Of a stretch of DNA of 64,000 bases, positions 26,107-39,558 are shown piece after piece; position 1 is the stretch's first letter, and each line of letters starts with the position of its first letter. Source of the DNA: Eledone cirrhosa (lineage: Eukaryota); contig OZ024751.1 of NCBI GenBank assembly GCA_964016885.1, forward strand, positions 5,208,001 through 5,272,000, written 5' to 3'. The notes below the pieces were generated by a model. The model made no database searches. It saw only the letters and a list, made by a program, of their open reading frames with translations, and was not told where the DNA came from. The position numbers and the translations under genes were made by a program.

Positions 26107-29100
26107 TTCTTCTGGTTTTATAATTTCACAAATGTTTACCAATAGAGAGAGAGTCGGTTTCAAACATAAACACAAGACTCTCTCATTGTAATTTGCACAA
26201 CATCAACTAGATAGATATGTCTGCATGTCTACATATGTGTGCAGGTATGGATGTTATTGTATGTATGGATGTGGATGTTTTGAGTTGTATGTGTGCTTGT
26301 GTATATGCTTTGTATCTGTACAGAATTTTTGGAATATTTTACATATTTTTAGTGTTCCATTAATGGGTTGTACTTGTAGTTTCCTAACTAGTCGTGTTCT
26401 TTCTGTTCCTGTGAAGCCCAGCTTCTCAAGTTTTGTATTGAGGCAGTTACTAACATATCCCAGTGCCCCAATAATCACAGGCATAAATCTGAAAGTGTAA
26501 TCAGGGTGGAGTATCTTTAGATTTCTCATCAGTTCTGCATAAATATTCTACTTTTTCGCTAATCTTTGATATTATATTGGCATCTGCTGGGCAGCTAACT
26601 TCCACTACTGTGTATGCTTTCTTTTCCCTGACTCATATCATAATATCTGGTCTGTTATGCCTGCATTTCATTGAGGTTTTTACTGGAACATTCCACCAGT
26701 TCTCTTTCATATTATGTGCGTGGATGTCTTCCACATTGCTGTAGCTATTAATGTGTTTATTATAGGGGCTATCTTTTTTACGAAGTGCATTGTACAGTGT
26801 TTTGGCCACTATATCATGCCTCATAGGTAGATAGTACAGCGATGACATCTTTGGACAGCTGATGATGACATGGGTGACATCTTCGATGTTAGTTCAGCAG
26901 AGTCTGCACTTGTTATCACATCTAGGTGTTTTGCCTGCATCCCTATCCCTTTTGTGAATCAGGTATTTCGTGTTGATTTCCTGTTCTTGGATTGCAAAAG
27001 CGTATCCTTCAAAGTGGGAGCAAATATAGCGGTTGTTGGTCCAAGATAGACTACTTTCCTTATCTATATTACTCTCACTCTGGAGCTTCCTGGCAACATA
27101 TCCATACATGATTTTTTGCTGATAAGCATGCAGTTTTTAATCCATGGATTCACTGCGATACTGCTGAGCAACTTCCCTGGGTGTGAGTTTTTGATTATCA
27201 CACAGGGAATATCTCTCGAGGAGTTCCTTCCCAAATCTCATGATCTTATCTGTTTCATGCAGATAGACTTGCTCGAGAGACGGATTCCTACGCTTCGCGG
27301 TTCGTAGATGTGGGAGGGATATGATGTGACATTCAAATGTTGTCTGGACTGATGTTAGGCCTATGCCTCCCTGCTTACGTTTTAATTAAAGGCGGTCTAT
27401 GTCACTGTTGATGTGGAAGTTTCCGGTGTTGTTTAGTACTTTTCGAGTTCTAACATCAACTGCTTGGATTTCATGTATCGTCCAATTGAGTATTCCAAAC
27501 ATTGGTGTTAGGAGAGGCACAGCAAACACATTGTGAGCCACTGTTTTGTTTTGCGCAGAGAGTTCCGAAGACCATATCTTTCTTAATTGGGTGTAGTATT
27601 CCCTGGTTACGCGTTCCTTATTGCATATACCATTATAGGATATGTTCTCATCTATCCCCAGGTATCTGTAGCAGTCTTCATCAGATATCGGTGAAACAGT
27701 TGGGCCATTGATGACAATGTTGCTAGATTGGATTGTTGTTTTTCCCCGCTTTAGAGTCATGTATGAGCATTTATCTTGGCCAAACTCCATTCCTATATCC
27801 TTTGAGAACGTTGTAACCAGGTCAAGATTTTTCTTCATCCCATCCATATTCTTGGCATAGAGTTTCAGATCGTCCACAAAGAAGTTATGGGTTAGGTTCG
27901 TATTTCTGTCCTCCTGTGAGCCAATGATGTATCCCTCACATTTCTTGAGCAGAAAGGACAAGGGGTTTAATGACAAGATGAACAATATCACAGAGAGACT
28001 GTCTCCCTGAAATATACCCCTGCAATATTTTATTTCATCAGTGAAAATGGAGTCCTCCCTCTCTGTCTTTAACTTTAGGATAGAAGACAGCTACTCTAGG
28101 AGATAATAATGTCTAGGACTTTAGCAAGTCGGAGGGCCTCTATCACCCAAGAATGGGGAACAGAATCGAAAGCTTTCCTGTAGTCCAGCCAGACTGTAGC
28201 CATATTCCTCCTAAATTGTCGCACCTCCGACATCGCAGTTTTGTTGATTAGGAGTTGTTCAGTACATCCCCAAACCCCTTTCGTTCCAGCTGCTTGTTCA
28301 TCTGTGATGATGTTATTATTTTCACAGTGATCTTGGAGGAATAGGTTGAGGCAGGCTGTATACCTCTTATACATCAGTTTCTGGAATGCAATGGGTCGGT
28401 AGTTTTTTGCCAAGTGGGTGTCTTTGTTCTTGGGGACCAGTAATGTTTGTGCTAATGTCAACCATTCTGGTATAAGTGTATCTCCCTTAAGAACTTGTTG
28501 GTAGAAGTCAGTAAGATACCTCCGATAGAATATTAGTTTTTTGTACCAGTAGCCGACAATCATGTCTCTTCCTGGTGATTTCTTATCTTAGAGTTTTCCT
28601 ATCACAGTCTCAAGGGTACCCTCACTTATTTCGTATATTTTTGTTGTTGTGTAGGAGCAATAGTTCTTTCGGATTTCTTTTAGCCTGACTGCATCTTGGT
28701 TGAAATTCTTCTTTTTACCCCATATTTTTCTCCAAAAGGAATCTATGTCTTTCTGGGATGGGGCCACAGTGACACTTATTATTTTGCCATTCATATCTCT
28801 ATATGATGTTTGGTTTCGTCTGAATCTTTTATTAAGTACTTTTCTTTTATCTACCTTCTTCAGGCATCGGCGTTTTTCGCTAACATCTCTCAATTCTTGT
28901 TTGAGGGTGATCGGCTTACATTGAAGAGTTTTAGAGTACTGTCACCAAACATCGTCTCTATTTTATTGTTCACTCTTTGTTGGTGAGGAGTGAGGGTTTT
29001 GCGTTTGTTTGCATGTAAGGAGCATTGTCACATATCCTATGGGTTTTCGTAGGTCAGCAATCTTTTTTTCTATTTTAGTTATATATGATGGTATTTTTGG

Positions 29101-30088
29101 TGGTGTTTTGTTCTTGTTAATATCTCTGCTATCACCAAGATAATGCTTCACTGTCGTTACTAAGGCATATAAACAGGCGTTGATTTGCCAAAACGCTGGG
29201 ATTTTTATCCGTCGTAAATATTCATTCCCTATTTCATCAATAACACGTAATATTTCATTATTTAGGTTTTTTTTTTTTTTTTTATTAAACATTGTTGTTT
29301 TAATACGTTCAGCAAGAGAGATATTTATACATGAATTAATTTCTCTCTGGAAAATTTCGTTGGGGTAAATTTTCAATTTTTTATACTTTTGATTATTATC
29401 ATTATTGATAGTATTTTCCACAACAGTCTAGGTAGACTCGGATGGCACACGTGGTATCAAATTTCTTCGATTATTATTATTATCAATAGAGGTTTTCCCC
29501 AGGATTCGAGGTAGACTTAGATGGTACAGCTGGTCTCAAGTTTCTTACAGGCATAGTTGTTTCAAGGCACTGTTCGACCTAGCTGCTAGGAAGTCTAGTA
29601 ACATGGCGACCTGTAGCACGTGTTGTTGATAACATGTTTGTTGTGGGGGGTCTTACAATTTATAATATATATCTTATTTTTACGTTCAACAAACGTCGCT
29701 TGTTAGTGTAATTGTTTCGCTGTGAAGTGATTTAGCTCTAGGTGTATTTCATCACAGTGTAGCTTCATTCTGTTCATATAGCCAATGGAGGGATTGTTTT
29801 TGCCATTTCACAACGATTAAATAAATCATCATTAAGTACGCAACTCCAAGAGAAATGCGATTTATAATTTCGGTTTCTTCTGTAGCTACAACTGAATAAA
29901 TTTTGTTTATCTTTCCCGTTTATCTTCGGTATTCCACTGATATTGTTGTTGTTGATGTTGTGTTCAGCCCATGCTTTTTGTAGCAAATCCTTGTAAAATG
30001 AATTATGTATTTAGTCGGATATCTCTACGAATTCGAATAAAAGGTGTCTTCAGTGGATATAGTTAGAAGAATAACCAGTTATTCAACA
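26107..30088 (-). mobile_element. Second near full-length decayed R4/Dong copy, inverted relative to 19607-23689
   Basis: minus-strand ORF pieces nearly identical to copy 1 (FVDDLKLY, HNRPDIMI); lacks first ~100 bp. Confidence 0.92.
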
Positions 30089-30170
30089 TGCAATTATTAG
30101 ATGCAGAATTTTTGGAATGTTTTACATTTTATTACTGTTCCATTAATGGATTGCACTTGTACTTGTAATT
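30089..30170 (-). mobile_element. R4 ORF-end fragment fused to the 5' end of copy 2
   Basis: matches ~23387-23463. Confidence 0.75.
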
Positions 30171-30461
30171 ATAATTGTAATTGTATGTATGTATATATGT
30201 ATATATGTATATATGTATATATGTATATATGTATGTATTATGTATGTATTTATATATGTATTTATGTATTTGTCTCGCTTATGTACACAATGTTTTGTAT
30301 ACTTACATATACACTTTTACACACACATACTCTCTCTCGGTCTCACACACACGCACAGATATATATGTATGTAGGGGTGTATATGTGTTTATGTATGTAC
30401 GTATGTTTATATGTATGTACGCAAGTATATATGTATGTATCTGTATGTATGTATATATGTA

Positions 30462-30900
30462 TCTTAAGAGTCCATGGCAATCCAAAATCACCGGGAGAGA
30501 TGACCCCTTAGCCTTTGTCAAGGCAGAATTCTAGGAGAAGGAAAACTATGATATAACACCTGCAACCCTGATGGTATCCAATGATGTTGACTTGTTCTTC
30601 TTTTTGGTAAATATCATCTTGGTAAAGAGAGTGGGACTGGCTTTGTGCAGTGCCTTTGCTCACTATAAAAGCTTCACGGCACAGGCATTGCTTTAAATCT
30701 GGAGATCTCTCTGCACTTGTCATCACATGGTACCATGGGCCCAGAACTATGTGTCAATAATTGTCACAGGTGTAGTGTTTGTACCAGAGTTTTCAAGTCG
30801 CGGGCTGGACTAAAAATCACACTCGTTCAGCGCAACGGTAGGGTTTCTCCTACATGGATATAAAGTAGTGGCCCTACTCGAAAACGAGTTGGCAGCCACC
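30462..30900 (+). mobile_element. Family B retroposon, 5'-truncated
   Basis: matches 12833-13272. Confidence 0.8.
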
Positions 30901-31065
30901 ATATATATATGTACAGTGTATGTTTGTGTGGATGTGTCTTTATTTCTCACCTAAGCATGCATTACCTTTCCATTACAAATACCACAGTATATACCCATGT
31001 GGTCGCTCCTGTATGTGTATGTATGTTTCAGTCAGCATGCATTCGTGTATTCTTACACACACACA

Positions 31066-31102
<37 letters not shown>

Positions 31103-31184
31103 GCTCACGCACACATATATACGTATGCAAGTGTCTATGTGTGTGCACGTGTATATGTGCTTGTGTAATTTTACACACACACTA

Positions 31185-31220
<36 letters not shown>

Positions 31221-31730
31221 CATACATATATATGTATGTGTGTGTGTGTGTATATATGTGTGTGTATGTGTTTTTGTGCCTATACAGCTGTTCAGCTTTT
31301 ATTCTCTGTTGGACATTTCGAAATATCGATTATTTTTCCCTATATACATTCGTTTGTTGCTGAGTCTAAGGGAAGTTATGAACGACAGTTGGTTTATTTA
31401 AAATGGCTGTCTAAAATATCACGTTTTGGGGTTGGCTGTCTTTTACATATTTATTAGTTTAAGTTAAATATTTCTTCAGCATGATTGCTGTAGCATTCCC
31501 ACCGTGCCATTAAATAGCAGTGTTGCAAACTTTTTATAACCTCGCCATTTAATAGACAAGTAACACAGATGATTTGAAAGTAAAACTTGTAAATGTTATA
31601 GACGAATATTAAGTTAAATGTAACATTCTACAGTGTATGATTGAAAGATTTCGTCATTTAATGAAAAGAAAGAAATATTTAAACAAATTCAAAGAAATGA
31701 AGCTTATGTTATAAAAACGTTGGTTTAAAT

Positions 31731-32077
31731 TAGGGTTTCCTAAATGTTTTCAAACGCGGAACCCTTTTTGGTTCAGAAACTTTTGAGGGAACCTCATAGT
31801 ATAATACTATTATATGATCGTAACAGACCTGTCAATTCTCCCTGTTCGACTGGGAGATCTCCCACCGATTCTGGAGTAGATGAGAGATATCTTCTCTTGT
31901 GAAAATTGGTGAAGCTTTCATTGTGTAAAATCTCCCCATTTTAGGGCATTTTTTTCATGGTAATCCCCGTTTGGGGTTTTAGAGGTTGGCAGGTCTGTCG
32001 TAATATAAATATACTCCTCTACCTTTTTTCACGGAATCCCAGACAGTCCTTTACGGAACCCACTTTGGGAATCAATG
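31731..32077. mobile_element. Old hAT-like MITE
   Basis: TAGGGTTTCCTAAA / TTTGGGAATCAATG ends; repeated CGGAACCC subterminal motifs. Confidence 0.5.
31824..31997. mobile_element. Nested MITE with 6-bp TSD (TCGTAA)
   Basis: TIR CAGACCTGTCAA / TTGGCAGGTCTG. Confidence 0.8.
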
Positions 32078-32163
32078 GTTTGATGATATTTTTCTCTCTC
32101 CTTCAGTTATGTAACATTTCCCACTTCATTTATAGATTTTATAGATGTTAGTAATTTTTTACG

Positions 32164-32466
32164 TACTCTCGGTCTGGAATAATCGTCTTCCCTAGTTTAT
32201 TAATTTTAAAGTTTTTTTTTCCAATCCGCGCTCTTATTACAGCCCCCATACCCGCTTATTACATTTTAATACAGTAGTTTGTTAATATATTATCTTATTA
32301 CAAGTACTCTCGGATCTCGAATAATTGTCCCCCACTCCGCGCTTATTAATGTTTCAGATGCTTTCAACCTCCCCATTGCTTATTAAATTTTGCTAATCTA
32401 TCTCCGGTGAAATTTTATTTTAATTAGTATTATTCCATTGCCCCCTATTATTTGGGACCCAAGAGA
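32164..32466. mobile_element. Possible DNA transposon/MITE remnant
   Basis: duplicated TACTCTCGG..GAATAAT head; inverted ATTATTTGGGACCCAAGAG end. Confidence 0.35.
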
Positions 32467-32551
32467 ACGTATCGTAGATGAAAATGCTGCACAGTATTAA
32501 CGGGTTGGCAATAAGAAGTTTTGACTTTTAATGACTGATGTCCTTGACCAA

Positions 32552-32772
32552 ATATTAGTTTCTACTTTACGCACAAGGCCAACAACTTTTGGGGAAGGGA
32601 AAGTCGATTACATTGACCCCAGTGAATTACTGGTACTTTATTTTATCGACCCCGTAAGGATGAAAGGCAAAGTTAACCTCGGCAGGATTTGAACTCAAGA
32701 TCATAAAGGGGTGTAACCCTATGCCATAAAGCATGTTGTCCAATGCTCTATCGATACTGCCAATCCAGCGCC
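32552..32772 (-). mobile_element. OK-like SINE, long variant, ~15-bp imperfect TSD
   Basis: CCTTGACCAAATATT / CCTTGACTAGATATT. Confidence 0.88.
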
Positions 32773-33424
32773 CTTGACTAGATATTCAATTCTGTATTAT
32801 TATTATGTAATTTTATTCTAGGAATATATTTGAGTACTTGGAAATGGAATAATTTGACATGTAAAATCAAAATTTATATACTGTAACAATATGCAGAAAT
32901 ACATTTAGAATCCCATTTCAAAGAATTTGAGTTCATAAAATAAAGTATTTGATAAAAAGATAAATTGTTTTGGGAAAAGAAAGAGAAGGTTTCAAAATTA
33001 ATAAGGGGGTTTTATATCTTTGGACTGAAAAGTATCGGACGGTATTAATTAACGACTTATAATAATTATTTTCACTTTGTATAGGTCAATTAGAACTGTG
33101 ATGCTGAATCTGTCAGAACATCGAAATTAAAACGTTGTATTAATGAGGTAGGTGAGAGTTTGGAAATGTTATCTAAGTACTAATCAGATACTCTGGTAAC
33201 GTCTTTAATGCTTGGATAGTTTAGAATAACGAAGCTATTCTTACAGATTGCTGTTAAACTAACTAATAAAGGCAAGGTCAAGGGTTAATGGGATTTTGTA
33301 CTGGAAATTGGAATTTCTAGTTACTCTCATCAGAGAAATTTGAAATCCTTTTACTTTCGCTAAAAGCCGTTTTATTCTGTGAAAAGTTTCAATGCTCACT
33401 GAGGCCAACAATACACATCGTCGG

Positions 33425-33743
33425 AAATCTGCCGCCTTGTGTCAACATATGTTAAATCTCGCATTACTTGTGTTAATATACCTTAAATCTCTCCTTACTT
33501 GTGTTGACATATGTTAAACCTTGTATCAACATAGTTAAATCTCGTCTCGTGTCGACATTTGTAAAATTTCGCCTTATTTGTGTCAACATACATTAAATCT
33601 CGCCTTATTTATGTCAGCATGTGTGAAATCTCGCCTTACTTGTGGCAACATACATTTCATCTCACCTTACTTGTGTTAACATAATTAAATCTCGTCTTAC
33701 TTTTGTCAACATAGTTAAATCTCGCCTTATTTATGTCAACATA
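33425..33743. repeat. ~30-bp minisatellite
   Basis: AAATCTCGCCTTACTTGTGTCAACATATGTT-like, ~10 diverged copies. Confidence 0.85.
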
Positions 33744-33954
33744 AGGAAAACCATTATCAAATACTTATCTGTGAATGTTTCAGACCAATGTTAAGTTGGT
33801 GTTATTGTGTATATGGTAAGAATACATTCTACAATATCAATGAAAGTATAGTGAAACCAAACGTTTTATGCGTTTGGAGAAATCGTGGGATCACAACTGA
33901 TGAGGCAAATATTTGAGACCTATCCATCCAACAATTACATAAAATGAGAAAAAT

Positions 33955-34371
33955 CCTCCCTCCTCCTCCCTTCTCCTCCTCCCTTCTCCTCCTCTTCTTC
34001 TTCGCCCATATATTCCTGAGAGGGTCGTGGGGGGCAGAGTCCTCAAACTCTCATTCCAGCGGGTCCTGTCAGAAGCAACTGTCTCCAACTGATCCGGCTG
34101 GATCCCCAAGTGAAACTAACTAAGCACATGAATGTTATCCAACCATCTTGCTCAGGGTCTACCCCTGGGTCTCTTGCCAGTTGTTTTTGTCCGTAAAATG
34201 TGTCCAGCGATATTCTAACCCCATGCCCATAGTATCGGAGCTGTGATCTCTCAATTCTGAGAAGTAGCGGCTCTACCTGGAGTGACTCTATGATCTCCGA
34301 GTTACGCACTCTATCGAGTAACTTTACTCTAAGGACCCTTCGGAGGAAACCCATGTCGGCCGCTTGTATTC
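33955..34371 (-). mobile_element. RTE-clade LINE 3' fragment
   Basis: MGFLRRVLRVKLLDRVRNSEI..IERSQLRYYGH; ASDRTRW; purine-repeat tail. Confidence 0.85.
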
Positions 34372-35160
34372 AAGAGAAAGATAATAAACTTAATTATAAT
34401 TTCAGATGATTGTTTTGTATAATATTTGCACTAAATTAGGTGGAAATGTCTCTTCAGTTATGGTAACTTTAGTTTTATGAGTCATAACAGAAGCAAGTAA
34501 CATATTGGGGGATTATTTATATTTTAAGAGATTAAACATCACGCTGCATTTACAACTACAATGTCACCGATCTTCTTCAGGCGTCGTATTCCTTTCTAAA
34601 TTAAGGACAATAAACATTCGAATACATAATCCTATTGATGCATTTATAATCAATACTACAATTTTGGGTTATGTATATTTAACTGTCAGTAACGGCAGCC
34701 ATGTTGAGCTGTTGGTACAGCACAGTATTTACTGAATGAATTATCAACAAGCATTATATGAACCTATTCTTTGATATTTCTCTATTGGCACCGTGGATCA
34801 CAAACAATTCAGGAAATTTTATTTCATAGTGGTGTGTGTTTTCTCTTCTTACACCCTATTTGTTCAGTCATTCCTGACTTCAATGGATTTCCTCCCAATA
34901 AGGTTTATCGTCGTTTCTCTGTTCTGGCTTTAGTGGCGTTCCAGTCTCTGCTTTATAACTTTATAACACCTCTCAAACATGGGATGTTACATATGTAGTT
35001 TTTATGTTCTAACTAATGTTGAGAAGGTTTATATTTAATGATGAATCTGTGAAGTGTGCTGTAATATAATAAGACACTTTGGAAGCCAAACATTTAGTAT
35101 GAAATTTCACCTTTGATTATAATATACACCGGGCGACAGAAATGTTGCCATTGTGTAGAG

Positions 35161-35412
35161 CAGAGGTTCTCAAAGCTTTTGGGCCACCGACCCCCACCCC
35201 TATTTCCAGAGAGACCTACCTAAAAACACATTGTAAATAATATATATATATATTATGTATAAATAAATATTAGGAATTTTTTTATTTTACTATATTTATA
35301 TATATTTAACATACTATTATATCATCTCTACCCCTCCCCAAGGCCCGAGCACCCTCTGGACCATCTCAATGACCCCCCCCCCGGGCGGTGGCGCCCACTT
35401 AGAGAACATCTG
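35161..35412. mobile_element. hAT (Charlie-like) MITE, 8-bp TSD
   Basis: TIR CAGAGGTTCTC / GAGAACATCTG; GTGTAGAG / GTTTAGAG flanks. Confidence 0.8.
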
Positions 35413-36026
35413 GTTTAGAGTGTGCCGTGTATTGTGTAGTGTCCATCATCAACAATTATCAAACCGTTCATTATATTTTCAACACTTTTCTATACTTCAG
35501 TTGATGTGTCACACATCCGTTTTGGTATATTTTATCATATGAGATTTTAAATTCAAATTCGACTGCAGGAACTAAATTAAGTAGCGTCGCCCTGTTCCCC
35601 GAAAATTTCGTTTTACGATTTTCCAAATGTTTCTGAATAAGAATGATATTACTTGAAGCAGTAGAATATAACAATGATAGGATTGTGATTAATACCTAAC
35701 TTGAAGTGTCCGTGTAAGTATATTGCAGGAACAGATTATAAAACACCAAATTGTGAGAGAGATTTCTATGGATAGTAATCCTTTTGTTTTCTAGAAAAAG
35801 AAAGAAAATTACACAGGGAATGCAAATGAATATCAGAAATTTTATAGATTAAAAAAAAAGTATCTATAAAAAATTCTGTGAGTTTTAAGACAATTTTAAA
35901 TTTAAATCTACAGCATTTATCAACTTTTATAGATTTTCTTAAAGCTCTGATGAATGTCGTTATAAAAGCTTATCTCTCCTGCACAGCTTATTAAAAAATC
36001 CAACAAATGTTTGTATCATAAAGTAG

Positions 36027-36066
<40 letters not shown>

Positions 36067-37656
36067 TAAATATATATAAATACATATATATATATACTCA
36101 CACACACACACACACACACTCACACACACATGTATATACTCTCACGCATTTAAAAAAATTGTTCCCTTCACACAAAAATGTGGAAATGGAAATAAAAAGA
36201 ACTAAAACAGGAAAAAGAGAAGGAATAACCGCAGAACATAGATTTGAAATGGTAAGATTATATTAAAAGTACAAAGCTGCATCCCTTACGATATTTCACT
36301 ATCTGGAATGAGTGTGACGAATTTTAGAGAAAACTAAAAAAATAAAAGGAAAAAAGAACAAAAAGAAAAAGAAAAAGAAAACAACAAAAACAAAGAACAA
36401 AAAGAAACAAAATGGTGAAATAAGATTGATAGATTTTCTGAAAGGTCTCATGCTGTTATATAAATAATTCAATGCCGAAATAATAACATAAAGTTTTGTA
36501 CCTTCCTTTATTTACAAAAGGTGATATTGGAAAATATAGATAAGACGCCCACTTGCGGTATCGGCTAATGATCACGTGACTTCACGAAATAGAATACTCA
36601 GTGCCTCTGGGTAATTTATATTTCGATTTCCTTCTCCTCCGCTGCTCTCCCTTTCATGCTCTGAGATGCACTGTTTTTACAATATAACATATTATTTGTA
36701 TTGGTGGTTGTGGTTGGATGGTGGTGAAGAAGGGGGGGGGGGGGATAGGAGTTATGGAATACGATAAAAGAACTGGTTGAGAAATAACTTATTAACACCC
36801 GGCAGAGCAGTTTGGCTACGATAGATGGATTCTAAGACTTTTACATAAAAATCTTTACATTTCGTAAAACTAGCCATGACATATGTTCTTTGAGCTTCAC
36901 TATGGTATAGCTGCGGGAGTAATTGTTGTATTTACATATTAGAATAAAGAAAAAGAATGCAAATATTGATTCGTCTAGATTCGTTGAAAAACTACTTCGT
37001 TGATTTCACATTTATTTTCAAATCATAAATATCCGTGTAAATATATTCTTTAGCAGAAGATTGCTTAAACATTGTGTTGTTGTATTAGTATGCATTCCAC
37101 ATCCATACAGTTATTTTAGACTTTTATTCGGCCAATTGTTATGATGTCGATTCCGAAAGAGACGAACCAATTATGGCACTCCAGAGTAAAGATTACTGTT
37201 CAATCATAGATTACAACCGATTCGTTTAGAAAGAAAAAAAATACATTAATAATATTACGCAAGCTAAGTCAGTAGACCGTTGGGGCCTCATTGAAAAGTT
37301 AGTCTTCATATAGTGATTAAGTTAGAACATACTAGAATGGTTTCTTATTGGTTCCTCCTGGGTTATTGAGAGTTGAACAAATAATATAGACATTGTTAGT
37401 AAACGTGTAATGAAAGTTGTATGAAATCCCTCTTCTTTATATCGTATTCACACATTAGTTAGATAAACTTCTATTCGAAGCCATTTGATATCCCTCACTA
37501 ATAAAAAGTACAATAAAAAAAATATATATACTTTTTGTTTAATGGATATATATATATCGACAGTCGATCGACTTTCGTTAAATAGGACCGAGGAAACAAT
37601 GTTTCCGTTGGTCTTTCCAATTACTAATACTCTCTATTGGTTGCAACTGCAGGTAG

Positions 37657-38000
<344 letters not shown>

Positions 38001-38351
38001 ATAAAATCTCTTTCAACTCACGATTTCATATCAAAAACCTTGCAAAACAATTACATCGCCGTTACCGGCATAAAAATGAACTAGAATAATGATTTCCAAC
38101 ATAAGTCTAGAGCGTGTCTGGGTCTGTCCACCTCATCATAGGTGCCTAAAACCCGCAGGAAAATATGGTAGGGATTATCAATTGTAAGTGACGTTGGTAG
38201 TGTTTTATTATTTAGGTTGTGATTTTAAGGGAGTTTTGACACATGACTGTCAGACCGAATTACCACGTTGAGATTCATTAAAGGGTTGAAGGGCTAAAGG
38301 ACTCAAGGGCTGAAGGGCTGAAGGGCTGAAGTTGTAACTTTATTTGGGATT

Positions 38352-38580
38352 CAGTGAATGGGAAGTATCTGCAGAGCGGCGGACACTATGCTTTCCAGCA
38401 TAGAGATATGGCTCTTTACGTCGGATAGAATACTTTATGGTATTCGTTTCGGTTCAGATCCCGCCGAGGTTAGCTTTCCCTTTACGGGGTCGTTAAAATA
38501 AAGCACCAGTAATACACTGGAAGTCAATTTATTCGACTTTCCCCACTCCCTAAATTGCTGGCCAAATTGCAGAAATAATT
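38352..38580 (+). mobile_element. Diverged OK-like SINE
   Basis: GTTCAGATCCCGCCGAGG, GGGGTCGTTAAAATAAAG, ATTGCTGGCC. Confidence 0.75.
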
Positions 38581-39005
38581 TTTTTAAAGAGATGATTGTG
38601 GGATTTGTAACCTACATTGAAATCTGCAACTGTATAACCGTGTATAAAACATAGGGAAGGTCCAACATTTCATATATAGCGTACTGTACATAATGTATTA
38701 ATAAACTGCATGAACATCACTACACAGTTATCCATTTCTACAATACACAGTGAGACACAAACATATGAGACATAGGTTTAGTTTATTTACACAAATAAGA
38801 GACAACAAAAACATAGGTATTTTCCTTGGTATTTGTATCTTTATGTATAAATGTATTTCTGCTAAAATATAGCAAAAGGACTTGACAATACTTTGGGGAA
38901 GTCAAGTGAAGTATAAAGATAAAATGGTGAAACTTATTCGTAACAATGTTTTTGCTTCGTAAACGCATCATTTCTTAGCTGACATTTTGCCTTAGATTTG
39001 TTTCC

Positions 39006-39221
39006 CATACATACGTACATACATACATACATATATACATACATATATACATACGTATATACATACAAACATATATACATACGTAAATACATACATACAT
39101 ATATACATACGTATATACATACATACATACATACGTACATACATACATATATACATACGTATACACATACATATATACATACGTACATACATACATGCAT
39201 ACACACATACATGCATACATG

Positions 39222-39265
<44 letters not shown>

Positions 39266-39470
39266 TACATACATACATACATACATACAAACACACATAC
39301 ATTCATACGTACATACATAGACAGTTAGATAGATAAATACATGCAGACACACAAGCGCACACAAACACATTCACATGTATACACCACCACACATATACAT
39401 GTATATATATGTGAATGTATATATATATATATATATATCTACACACACACGCACACACACACATACATAT
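39006..39470. repeat. Compound (CATA)/(CA)/(TA) microsatellite
   Basis: direct read. Confidence 0.9.
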
Positions 39471-39558
39471 AAGGGCATGGCTGGAAAACATTGTTAGAGT
39501 TATGCAATAGGGGAAAAAGGACAATGACAAGAGATTCTGAATATCTTTTGTTATGATA

